Positions 51,487 through 60,217 of a DNA stretch of 64,000 nucleotides are shown here, piece by piece. The DNA lies in NCBI GenBank assembly GCA_963805945.1, contig CAWDVP010000003.1, positions 166,762-230,761 on the forward strand. Reading direction: 5' to 3'. This DNA comes from Vulcanimicrobiota bacterium. Its GTDB lineage: Bacteria; Vulcanimicrobiota; Vulcanimicrobiia; Eremiobacterales; Eremiobacteraceae. Both the position numbers and the translations under genes were made by a program. Within the stretch, counting starts at the first letter, position 1; each line of letters opens with the position of its first letter. The notes beneath the pieces are model-generated. The model ran no database searches and had not been told where the DNA came from. It saw only the letters and a list, made by a program, of their open reading frames with translations.

Positions 51487-52389
51487 ATGCGCCGCGTGCG
51501 CACCGTGTTCTTCGGCAGCTCAGCGTTCGCCGTGCCGGCGCTTCGCACGCTGGTGCGCGATCACGACGTCGTCATGGTCTACACGCAGGCCGATCGGCCC
51601 GCGGGCCGCGGCTTGAAGATGACCTCGACGCACGTCAAGACGGCCGCGATCGGTGCAGGTCTGCCGGTGGAGACGCCTGAGAAGCTCGACGGCGCCTTCG
51701 TCGCGGGCGTCGCTGCGCTGCGGCCGGAGGCGCTCGTGTGCGCGTCGTACGGCAAGATCCTGCCAGGCGCGTTGCTCGAGGTCCCGACGCTCGGCGCGCT
51801 CAACGTCCATCCGAGCTTGCTGCCTGCATATCGAGGCGCGACCCCGATCCAGGCGGCGCTACGCGATGGCTTGACGCGCACCGGCGTGAGCATCATCTGG
51901 ATGTCGCCACGGATGGACGCCGGCGATATCGCGCTCAGCCGCGACGAGCCGATCGAGCCGTCAGACGATTTCGACAGCCTGCACGATCGGCTCGCCGAGG
52001 CCGGGGCGGAGGCGCTTGCCGACGCCATGGCGCGGCTCGCCGCTGGGACGCTCGAGCGGAAGCCTCAAGATGACGCACACGCGACCTTCACCAAACCGCT
52101 GTCTAAAGAAGACGCACGATTGCGCTTCGACCTCGACGCCGTCGCGGCGGCGAACGTCGTCCGCGCCTTGAGTCCGCGCCCAGGCGCTTGGTTCGAGCAC
52201 GGGGGGAAGCGCGTCAAGGTGCTGCACGCCCGCGCTGAAGACGGCGCAGGCGAGCCCGGTGCGCTGTCGCATGACGGCGGTGATGGCCCGCGCCTCGCCT
52301 TCGCGCACGGCGTGCTTCGCCTGCTGCGCGTCGTGCCGGAAGGCAAGCCGCCGATGAGCGGCGCCGATTTCGCGCGCACGCTGCGATGA
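51487..52389 (+). CDS. fmt: Methionyl-tRNA formyltransferase
   Basis: DRPAGRG, NVHPSLLP.YRGA, MDAGD. Confidence 0.96.
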   Translation: MRRVRTVFFGSSAFAVPALRTLVRDHDVVMVYTQADRPAGRGLKMTSTHVKTAAIGAGLPVETPEKLDGAFVAGVAALRPEALVCASYGKILPGALLEVPTLGALNVHPSLLPAYRGATPIQAALRDGLTRTGVSIIWMSPRMDAGDIALSRDEPIEPSDDFDSLHDRLAEAGAEALADAMARLAAGTLERKPQDDAHATFTKPLSKEDARLRFDLDAVAAANVVRALSPRPGAWFEHGGKRVKVLHARAEDGAGEPGALSHDGGDGPRLAFAHGVLRLLRVVPEGKPPMSGADFARTLR

Positions 52390-53756
52390 AACGGCGGCTC
52401 GCGCGTCCAGCGCCCGGGGTCGGCGGGCGCGAGATCGCGTTGCGCGCGCTGCTCATGGGTGGCGACTCCGCGGCGACGCTAGATAAGGTCCTAGCAGAGG
52501 CGCACCTCGACGGTCGCGAGCGCGGGTTTGCCACCGAGATCGCGCACGGCACACTTAAACGCCGGCGCACGCTCGAATGGTCGCTGCAGACCTGCCTGCG
52601 CAAGCCGTTCGCGATGCTCGACCCGCTGCTGCAATGGATCCTGCTGCTGAGCGCCTACCAGATACTGTTCCTCGAGCGCGTCCCCGCGCACAGCGCCGTC
52701 GACGAGGGCGTCACGCTCGCGCGCCGGCTCGGACACGCCGGGCTGGCTTCCACCGCGAACGCGGTGCTGCGCCGGCTTGCGCGCGAACGGCCGCTGCCTC
52801 CGCCCCCGACGCCTGCCGGCGGCGCTGCGGCGATAGGGTTATGGGCATCCCTGCCGGACTGGATAGCCCAGGGCTTCATCGATCGTTTCGGTTTCGAGCG
52901 CGCGGTCGCGATCGCCGACGGGCTCAACGGCGCGCCGCGGCGCGCGCTGCGCGTGGATCTGAGCAAATGGAGCGCGAGCGACGCGACCCAGGCGCTCACC
53001 GCGGCTGGCTTCGATGTGAAACCCGGGCGGCTTGGCATCCCCGAGTGCCTCATCCTCACCAATGCGTCGCGCGGCGAGCGCACGTTCCTCGACGCATGCT
53101 TCGCCGACGGCAGGTTGGCGCTGCAAAGCGAGGAGAGCCAGTTCGCCGTCCAACTGCTAGACCCGCGGCCGGGCGAGGCCATCATCGATGTCTGTGCGGG
53201 CCGCGGCGTGAAGACGGCGGCGATCGCATCGCGCTTGCGCGGCGAAGGTTCCATCGTGGCGATCGACGACGATGCCGCGAAGCTGCTCGCGCTCGCCACA
53301 GCCGCGCGGCGCTTCGCCACGCCGGTCGCGACGGTGCGCACCGACGCACGCAAGGCGTACCCGGCAGAAGTGCCTGCCGTCGCGGACGCCGTGCTCGTGG
53401 ACGCGCCGTGTTCGGGGCTCGGCATCATCGGCCGCCGCGCCGATGCGCGATGGCGCAAGCAGTCCGGCGATCCCGAGCGTTTCGCGCCGGTGCAGCGCGA
53501 CGTGCTCGCGCGCGCCGCGGAACACGCACGACCGGGCGGGCGGCTGCTCTATGTCACCTGCTCGACCAGCCCGCACGAAGACGAGGACATCGTCGCTGCG
53601 TTCTTGCGGGGTCACGCCGACTGGAAGGCCAGCGCGTTGACGGCGCCGGAGGGTGCGTCCGCCATCACATCCGTCGCCGGGGGCCTCATGAGTGAGCCAG
53701 GCATAGAAGGGAACGACGGGTTTTATTATGCGCTGCTCGAACGCACGCCGTCGTGA
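52386..53756 (+). CDS. rsmB: 16S rRNA m5C967 methyltransferase RsmB
   Basis: NusB-like N-terminus, DVCAGRG.K, DAPCSG, YVTCS. Confidence 0.93.
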   Translation: MKRRLARPAPGVGGREIALRALLMGGDSAATLDKVLAEAHLDGRERGFATEIAHGTLKRRRTLEWSLQTCLRKPFAMLDPLLQWILLLSAYQILFLERVPAHSAVDEGVTLARRLGHAGLASTANAVLRRLARERPLPPPPTPAGGAAAIGLWASLPDWIAQGFIDRFGFERAVAIADGLNGAPRRALRVDLSKWSASDATQALTAAGFDVKPGRLGIPECLILTNASRGERTFLDACFADGRLALQSEESQFAVQLLDPRPGEAIIDVCAGRGVKTAAIASRLRGEGSIVAIDDDAAKLLALATAARRFATPVATVRTDARKAYPAEVPAVADAVLVDAPCSGLGIIGRRADARWRKQSGDPERFAPVQRDVLARAAEHARPGGRLLYVTCSTSPHEDEDIVAAFLRGHADWKASALTAPEGASAITSVAGGLMSEPGIEGNDGFYYALLERTPS

Positions 53757-54187
53757 TCGCAGATGCGCTCGCCATCCGTTGGGAATCGCTCGCCATGGCG
53801 GTCGGGGCGCTTGCGCTCGCGGTGTGGGCGTTCCGCTCGCCGTATCAGAACGCGCCGGAGGCGGCCGCGCGCCCGCTTGACGCCGTCGGGCTCACGGTCA
53901 TCCGCCCCGGCCGAGACCCGGAAACCGTGGAGATCCGCGACGGCTGCCTGCTCGGCCGCGGACGCGACTGCCAGGTCGTGTTCGACGATGCGACGGTCTC
54001 CAAGCTGCATGCCCGCTTGCGCCTCGACGGCGCCGCGGCGACTATCGAGGATCTCGATTCCAGCAACGGGACCTCGCTCAACGGCCGCAGGCTCGAGGGC
54101 ATGGCCGAGCTGCACCGCGGGGACAGGATAGATTTGGGAGCCAACCAAATAGTCTACCTTGGAGCGATGCCCTCGGGGGATGCTTGA
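53753..54187 (+). CDS. Membrane-anchored FHA-domain protein
   Basis: N-terminal TM; GR, VSKLHA, DLDSSNGT. Confidence 0.92.
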   Translation: MIADALAIRWESLAMAVGALALAVWAFRSPYQNAPEAAARPLDAVGLTVIRPGRDPETVEIRDGCLLGRGRDCQVVFDDATVSKLHARLRLDGAAATIEDLDSSNGTSLNGRRLEGMAELHRGDRIDLGANQIVYLGAMPSGDA

Positions 54188-54212
54188 TGCGCTCCGTTAG
54201 GAATCGGTTTCG

Positions 54213-55130
54213 ATGGAGGTCGGCGTAGCCACCGACGTCGGCGCGGGTCAGCACACGAACGAAGACGCATGGAGCGCCGAACAGCTCCATAAGAACGTCA
54301 CGCTTCTCGCTGTTGCCGACGGTTTCGGTCGCGCCCATGGCGTGCCGGCTTCGACGCTCGTGCTCGAGACGGTGCGCGACGCCGTGCGGCGCGAGTTGCG
54401 GCGCGCAACCTTCCCCTCGAAGACCTTAAGCCCGAGCGACGTCCGCCAGCTGCTCGTGAGCGCCTTCTCCGAGGCCAACGATCGGCTCTACCGCCTGGGC
54501 GGCGGCACCGACGACTGCGTCAGCGCCGCGTCGACCTGTACCGCCGTGCTTGTCATCAACGACCAAGCCTTCATCGCCCACGTCGGCGATTCACGCGCGT
54601 ATCTGCTGCGCCGCAACGAACTCGTCGCGCTCACCAATGACGAATCGATCATGCCCGAGCTCGTCGGCAGCGGCGGCCGGGTCGCCCAGCGCGCCGGCAA
54701 GCAGCGCCATTTCAGGCCGCTGCTGGTCCGTGCGCTCGGAATCGAGAACGCCGTTAGCGTCTCGCCGAAGGTGTCGCACTACTCGCTGCACGATCGCGAC
54801 GCGATCGCGCTGCTCACCGACGGCGCGCATCGCGCTGTCGCGCTCGCCGATCTCCAGCCAGCGCTCGCCAGCCGCGAGACCGCCGAAGCAGGCGCGCAGC
54901 GCGTCATCGCGCTCGCACGCGTGGCGGGCGGCGCGGATAACGCGACCGTGCTGCTCGCGCGCGACGTCACCGCGCATGGTTCGCCTGCGGATAACGTGGC
55001 GGCGCAGCGGCCTCCGCTCTGGCGCCGCGTGGCGTTCGTCGTCGCGCTGGTGCTCAGCATCGCCGCGGGGCTCGCGCTGACGGTGATCACCCTGCGCGAA
55101 TATCACATCTTCCCGGGACTGCTCGGCTAG
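54213..55130 (+). CDS. PP2C/PPM Ser/Thr protein phosphatase with C-terminal TM
   Basis: NED, VADG, HVGDSRAY, LTDG, GGADN. Confidence 0.92.
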   Translation: MEVGVATDVGAGQHTNEDAWSAEQLHKNVTLLAVADGFGRAHGVPASTLVLETVRDAVRRELRRATFPSKTLSPSDVRQLLVSAFSEANDRLYRLGGGTDDCVSAASTCTAVLVINDQAFIAHVGDSRAYLLRRNELVALTNDESIMPELVGSGGRVAQRAGKQRHFRPLLVRALGIENAVSVSPKVSHYSLHDRDAIALLTDGAHRAVALADLQPALASRETAEAGAQRVIALARVAGGADNATVLLARDVTAHGSPADNVAAQRPPLWRRVAFVVALVLSIAAGLALTVITLREYHIFPGLLG

Positions 55131-55133
55131 CGC

Positions 55134-56399
55134 GTGGTGGAAGCGGGTAGCACGCCTCGGCGCGCGCCGCTCGACTCGTTTTCCCTACCTCTCGGTCTCG
55201 TGCTGCTCGCGGCGGGCGTCGCGCTTGCGCTGCTCTTGCCGCTCAACGGCTGGTATCCGTGGTGGATGCTGGTCGTCGCGGCCGCGCTGTTCGTCGCGTG
55301 GCAGTCGCTCTCACCCGACGGACTGGAGCGCGACCGCACGCTCATCCCGATGGTCGCCGCGATCACGACGCTCGGCATCCTCGAGATCAGCCGTCTCGAT
55401 CCGTATTTGGGAAGACACCAGACCGGCTCGCTGCTCGTCGGGCTGGCGATCGTCGTGTTCGGCCAGCGCCTTTTCGCGCGCTATGGCGTGCTGCGTCACG
55501 TCACCTATCCGTGGGTCCTGCTGTCGCTCGCGCTCTTTGTCTTGCTCCATTTCTTCGGACAAGAGGTCAACGGGGCGCGGCTATGGTTCCACATCGGCCC
55601 CTTCAACGCGCAGCCGGCCGAGGGCATCAAGCTCTTCATGGTGTTCTTCATGGCGGCGTACCTCGCCGACAAGGGCGAAGCGATCGCCGCGCTGCGCTGG
55701 TCGGAACCCGGCGCGTACGTCCGCCTCGTGCTGCCGCTCGTGCTCGGCTGGGGCGTCTCGATCGTGACGCTCGTGCTGCAGCATGACATCGGCATGGCCT
55801 GTCTGTTCCTCGGGACCTTCCTCGTGATGCTCTACGTCGCTTCGCGGCGGCTCGACATCATCGCGGCATGCTTGGTGGTGTTCGCGCTGGGCGCGTGGTT
55901 CGCGGCGCATAACTTCAGCTACGTGCAGGCGCGTATCGGCGTCTGGCTCGACCCCTGGAGCGATCCGCTCGGGCACGGGTATCAAGCCGAGCAGAGCCTC
56001 TTCAGCCTGGCAGCAGGCGGGCTGTTCGGCACCGGTTATCACCAGGGGCACCCGGGCCTCATCCCCGATGCGGCGACCGATTACACGTTCGCGGCATGGG
56101 CCGAGGAGTTCGGCGCGCTCGGGGGATTGGCGCTGCTCGCGCTGTACGCGGCGATCGTCGTGCGCGGGTTCGGCATCGCGTTCGCTGCTAAGGACCGCTT
56201 CACGATGCTGCTCGCGACCGGTTTCGCCGCAACGCTGGGCATCCAGGTGTTCGTGATCGTCGGCGGAGTGGTGGGCCTGCTGCCTCTGACCGGTATCACC
56301 CTGCCGTTCTTCTCGTACGGCGGGTCGAGCATCGTCGCCAACCTGATCCTTGTCAATTTCTTGTGGTTGTTCAGCGCCCAGGCGCGAGCACCGCGCTAA
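55134..56399 (+). CDS. FtsW/RodA/SpoVE (SEDS) protein
   Basis: NGARLW, QPAE, TDY, GITLPFFSYGGSS. Confidence 0.94.
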   Translation: MVEAGSTPRRAPLDSFSLPLGLVLLAAGVALALLLPLNGWYPWWMLVVAAALFVAWQSLSPDGLERDRTLIPMVAAITTLGILEISRLDPYLGRHQTGSLLVGLAIVVFGQRLFARYGVLRHVTYPWVLLSLALFVLLHFFGQEVNGARLWFHIGPFNAQPAEGIKLFMVFFMAAYLADKGEAIAALRWSEPGAYVRLVLPLVLGWGVSIVTLVLQHDIGMACLFLGTFLVMLYVASRRLDIIAACLVVFALGAWFAAHNFSYVQARIGVWLDPWSDPLGHGYQAEQSLFSLAAGGLFGTGYHQGHPGLIPDAATDYTFAAWAEEFGALGGLALLALYAAIVVRGFGIAFAAKDRFTMLLATGFAATLGIQVFVIVGGVVGLLPLTGITLPFFSYGGSSIVANLILVNFLWLFSAQARAPR

Positions 56400-56510
56400 G
56401 CGGCCTGGTCACTAGCAGCGGCGGGCTCAGGATAATCTCAGAAGAGGGATGCGGCAGGGCGGATCGCCCCGCCGCGACACTTTTGGCCCAGCATCCGTTA
56501 TAATAGGACG

Positions 56511-56969
56511 ATGAAGAAGAGAACTTTCCTCACGGGCGCCGCGCTGGCGCTCGCGCTCATGCTGACCGCCTGCAACTCGAAGTCCGTCTCGATGGACATC
56601 ACGCCGGATCCGGTCGTCGTCGGCCTGGTGGACACGAGCGTGACGGTGCACATGCACGTGGATGCGAGAGGTTACGGCGGCACGGTGCCGTTCGACCAGG
56701 TGCAATTCGCCGCGTTCGACGGCAGCGACAAATTGCTCGTGAGCAAGACCGAGAAGATCGACACGAGCAACCAGGCCACGGTGATGGATCGCGACTTCAC
56801 GATCCCCGTCGTCGGTGCGCTCGTCGCGCTCTCGGGCGCGAAGTACGTCATGGTGAAGCTGCTCGATCCGCAAGGCCACGAGCTCGCCGCGCGCAAGGTC
56901 ACCGTCGTGGTGCACGCGTTGCAGGGCATACCGCTGCCGAACCTCGTGCAACCGCAACCGACGCCGTAG
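56511..56969 (+). CDS. Hypothetical lipoprotein
   Basis: MKKR..LTAC lipobox; TATAAT 6 nt upstream of the ATG. Confidence 0.8.
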   Translation: MKKRTFLTGAALALALMLTACNSKSVSMDITPDPVVVGLVDTSVTVHMHVDARGYGGTVPFDQVQFAAFDGSDKLLVSKTEKIDTSNQATVMDRDFTIPVVGALVALSGAKYVMVKLLDPQGHELAARKVTVVVHALQGIPLPNLVQPQPTP

Positions 56970-57014
56970 CGCGAACGAGGTCGCCCGCGCGCCGTCTGCG
57001 AACCTCCGTACGAT

Positions 57015-57953
57015 ATGGCAGTTCGGCGCCGCAGGCCAAGGCGTCGCCCGCGCCCGCGACGCTTTCCCTGGATTCCCGTCGTCGCTCTCGCGGTCGTCGC
57101 TTTAGCACTGTGGTGGGGCGTCGGTGCGCTCAAACAGCAGATCGCGGGGTATTTCACGCCGTCGCCTCATCATAAGGCGGCGGCTTCCGCTGCGCCGGTT
57201 GCGCATGCGCTGGGCCGGCATCCGATGGCGTTGGCGACGCCGGCCACCCCCTCGACGCAGCAGCTCGGCGAGGCCAGGCGCGCGCTCGCGCCGCCGCACC
57301 CGCCGCGGATCGCGATCATCATCGACGACTGCGGCAACAACCTCGCCAAGGACGAGCAGTTCCTCGAGTTCCCGGTGACCTTCGCCGTTCTGCCGCTCAC
57401 CGAGCATGCGCGCGACATCGCCGACGAGGCGCAAGCGGCGGGCAAGCCGATCATGCTGCATCTGCCCATGCAGCCGATCTCCGAGGATCATAACCCCGGA
57501 CCGGGTGCGATCTTGACGTCTATGACGGATCAGCAGATCGCCGCCCAGATCGATCAAGACCTCGCGTCGATCCCGCCCGTGCCGGGCGCGAACAACCATA
57601 TGGGAAGCAAGGGCACGAGCGATCCGCGCGTCATGCACGACGTGCTCGCCGCGCTCAAGCAGAAGCGTTTGTTCTTCATCGACTCGGAGACCAGCAACGC
57701 GAGCCTCGGCGCGCAGATGGCGCACGAGATGGGGCTGCAGACCGCCGCACGTGACGTCTTCCTCGACAACGATGTCAACGAGGCGGCGATCGAAGCGCAA
57801 CTGCGCGAGGCGCAGAGGATCGCGATCGAACGCGGTCAGGCGATCGCGATCGGCCATCCGAACACGGAGACCGCGCAAGCGCTCGCCGCGATGATCCCCA
57901 AGATGCAAGCCGCCGGCATCGAATTCGTGCCGGCGGAGTCGCTCGTCCGGTAG
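57015..57953 (+). CDS. Divergent polysaccharide deacetylase (YibQ/DUF610)
   Basis: IAIIIDD, LHLPMQP, NNHMGS, RDVFLD, AIGHP. Confidence 0.93.
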   Translation: MAVRRRRPRRRPRPRRFPWIPVVALAVVALALWWGVGALKQQIAGYFTPSPHHKAAASAAPVAHALGRHPMALATPATPSTQQLGEARRALAPPHPPRIAIIIDDCGNNLAKDEQFLEFPVTFAVLPLTEHARDIADEAQAAGKPIMLHLPMQPISEDHNPGPGAILTSMTDQQIAAQIDQDLASIPPVPGANNHMGSKGTSDPRVMHDVLAALKQKRLFFIDSETSNASLGAQMAHEMGLQTAARDVFLDNDVNEAAIEAQLREAQRIAIERGQAIAIGHPNTETAQALAAMIPKMQAAGIEFVPAESLVR

Positions 57954-57959
57954 AGCCGC

Positions 57960-58214
57960 TTAGAACATCACCTCGTCGACGTAGCACCACTTCCAATCCT
58001 CGCCCGGCTGAAACGATTTGATGATCGGGTGCTTCGTCGTATGGAAGTGCTTGGTCGCGTGCTTGTTCTTCGACTGGTCGCAACAACCGACGTGGCCGCA
58101 TTCGAGGCACTCGCGGAGGTGCATCCAGGTATCGCCTATCTTGAGGCAGTCCTCGCAGCCGTCGGCGCTCGGCTTCACATCGCGGATGGTGTTGAGATGG
58201 GTGCAGATCGGCAT
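57960..58214 (-). CDS. UBP-type zinc finger protein
   Basis: CTH, CEDC, CLECGHVGCCD, HATKH, WCYVD; AAGGAGGT SD. Confidence 0.93.
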   Translation of the reverse strand: MPICTHLNTIRDVKPSADGCEDCLKIGDTWMHLRECLECGHVGCCDQSKNKHATKHFHTTKHPIIKSFQPGEDWKWCYVDEVMF

Positions 58215-58325
58215 AGATGACCTCCTTCGGGGTGTGACGACTTCGTCGCCCCACCCAGCTTGCTCTTCGCGGCAACGCAATACCTCGGCAATATACCCGC
58301 AACACCTATTGGCCACACTGCGCCA

Positions 58326-59219
58326 ATGCCCGCCGGCGCCATCATTCTCGCCGACCTTTGCAACCCGCCGGACACGGCGGCCCTGACCGCCTGCGACGAC
58401 GCCGAGACCGCGTTCGCCATCGAGCGGGTCCGCCTTCGCCTGCTGCGCCAGCGCCGCAAGCTGCTCGGTGAGGGGCGGGCCGGCCTCGAGACGGTGATCG
58501 CGCGTCTGCGGCGGTTGCAGAATCCGCAGCTCGCGGCGTATCGCCGCGGCGCCGGCATGCTGCTCTCCGAACCGTTCAACGGGGTCCCGACGGTGGTGGA
58601 AGCGGCGAGCGGGGTCCCGGCACGACGGATCGTCGCCGCGATGTTCGGGGGCATCCCTCCGGAGCCGCTGGTGGACGCCCTCGCGTGCTTCGGCGAGGCC
58701 GCGCTCGGCAGCGCGCGCCAGGCCGGCACCACGATCGCGCTCGTGCCGCCAGGCGAGCAGTTCGCAAGCTTTTCCTCGTCGGTCGCGCGCTGCGCGCCGG
58801 CGATCGATCAATGGGCATCCCCGCCGTCGGGGCTGTTCGTGGTCGACGAGCGCCGCATATTGCTCCGGCCGCACGCGCTGCGCATGACCGCGGCGCACGA
58901 GTTCGCGCACGCGCTCGACGCGACGCTCGCAAGGAAGAAGCGCTCGTATTTCTCGTACGAAAGCGAGGAGCTGCGCTACTACTTCGCCACCGCGACCGGT
59001 TACGTCAACGAGTACGCCGCGAGCAGCCTCGACGAATACTTCGCCGAAAGCGTCCGCGCGTATGTCGAGGTGAACGACGAGCGCTGCGCTTGGCTGCCCC
59101 TCACTCGACAGGACCTCTACCTGCGCGATCCGCGCATGTTCGCGTTGATCGAGAGGCTATTCAAGAGCGCGTTGATGACCACCGAACGGCGTGAAACAAA
59201 CCGTCAGCCCAATCAGTAG
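58326..59219 (+). CDS. Anthrax-LF/PPEP/MtfA-like zinc metallopeptidase domain protein, no signal peptide
   Basis: AHEFAHALD, EYA, DEYFAE, L..RDP.M. Confidence 0.75.
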   Translation: MPAGAIILADLCNPPDTAALTACDDAETAFAIERVRLRLLRQRRKLLGEGRAGLETVIARLRRLQNPQLAAYRRGAGMLLSEPFNGVPTVVEAASGVPARRIVAAMFGGIPPEPLVDALACFGEAALGSARQAGTTIALVPPGEQFASFSSSVARCAPAIDQWASPPSGLFVVDERRILLRPHALRMTAAHEFAHALDATLARKKRSYFSYESEELRYYFATATGYVNEYAASSLDEYFAESVRAYVEVNDERCAWLPLTRQDLYLRDPRMFALIERLFKSALMTTERRETNRQPNQ

Positions 59220-59450
59220 TCGCGACCGCGCGCCTGCCACACTGGCGGAGAAGGGTTCCGGGCGTCAGACCGATGATGCGCCGCATCCAGCGCGCCATGT
59301 GCCCACCCTTTCGTACTATTGCCCGTCTCACTGTGCGCGACGAGCGCCGACCGTGGCGCCCTGCCCTCGCAGGGCGCCGGTGCCTAGCCCGGATATCAGC
59401 ACGGTCGGGTCGATGGCGGATCGCAATCCTCTCTCAATCGTACCAGCTTC

Positions 59451-59532
59451 GTCCAAGGGTGAGGCGACCTGTCCGATTGTGTGCGAGCCCGTCCAAATGT
59501 GAGCGACTGCGCTCGTATGGCCCTGCTACACT
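59451..59532 (+). promoter_or_regulatory. Promoter with three 20-bp-periodic operator units and extended -10
   Basis: GTCCAAGGGTGAGGCGAC / GTCCGATTGTGTGCGAG / GTCCAAATGTGAGCGAC; TGcTACACT at 59524-59532. Confidence 0.6.
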
Positions 59533-59591
59533 CGAAATATAGTGTCGCAAGCAGATCATAACGTCTACACAAAGGAGCGGCTGCAACAGCG

Positions 59592-60041
59592 ATGACGGAG
59601 AGCCCGAGCGAAGGTCCGGCTGCCTACGGCCTTTCCGAGGTACGGCGGCTGCGCGAAGAGCTGGCGAACAGTCACGCGGTCATCGAAACCCTCAAGTCGC
59701 TCGTGCCGCGCCAGCACCACGGGCACGTAGTCCGCGTTGGTAACGTGACTCTAGACGCGCGTATGGTCGAGACGCGGATCAATGGCGTTCGCTCGCATCT
59801 GCCGTTCGTGAAGTTCCACATGCTTATTACATTGAGCCAGGCCGATGGGGAGATCGTCCCTGCAGCCGGATTGCTCGGGGTTTCGCGTCGCGATGCTCGC
59901 GACGCGAACAACCTGGTGTCAGCGCACATCAGTCAGCTTCGTAAGTTCTTATCAGAGCATGGCGCGGACGTCGTTATCCTCTCGGTGCGCAACGCCGGCT
60001 ATAGATTGTTGCGCGAGCAGATCGCGGAGAACGCGTCTTAG
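59592..60041 (+). CDS. OmpR/PhoB-type winged-helix protein without receiver domain
   Basis: HLPFVKFHML, NLVSAHISQLRKFL, ILSVRNAGYRL; short N-terminal helix; AAGGAG upstream. Confidence 0.8.
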   Translation: MTESPSEGPAAYGLSEVRRLREELANSHAVIETLKSLVPRQHHGHVVRVGNVTLDARMVETRINGVRSHLPFVKFHMLITLSQADGEIVPAAGLLGVSRRDARDANNLVSAHISQLRKFLSEHGADVVILSVRNAGYRLLREQIAENAS

Positions 60042-60056
60042 GTACGAGCCCCTAGT

Positions 60057-60138
60057 GAATGGCCGTGCGCGATTTCGTCCGAACATATCCTGGACCGACC
60101 GAACGTGAGCGACACCGGCGATGCATCTATGCTACCTT
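60057..60138 (+). promoter_or_regulatory. Promoter with the same 20-bp-periodic motif and extended -10
   Basis: GTGCGCGA (60065), GTCCGAAC (60077), GACCGAACGTGAGCGAC (60097); TGcTACCTT at 60130-60138. Confidence 0.6.
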
Positions 60139-60217
60139 CGGAGATGCCTGCGCAGGTCGACCTGCGGGGTCGGCGTTTGTCACGCCGTCTTCCCCCATTC
60201 AAGAAAGAGGGTCTACG

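Noticed and set aside
59347..59408. Hammerhead ribozyme (minus-strand CTGAT in a three-way junction)
   Set aside because: Lacks the CUGANGA and GAAA core
59451..59510. 20-bp periodic repeats as a mini-CRISPR array
   Set aside because: Units are contiguous, degenerate and lack spacers; no cas genes
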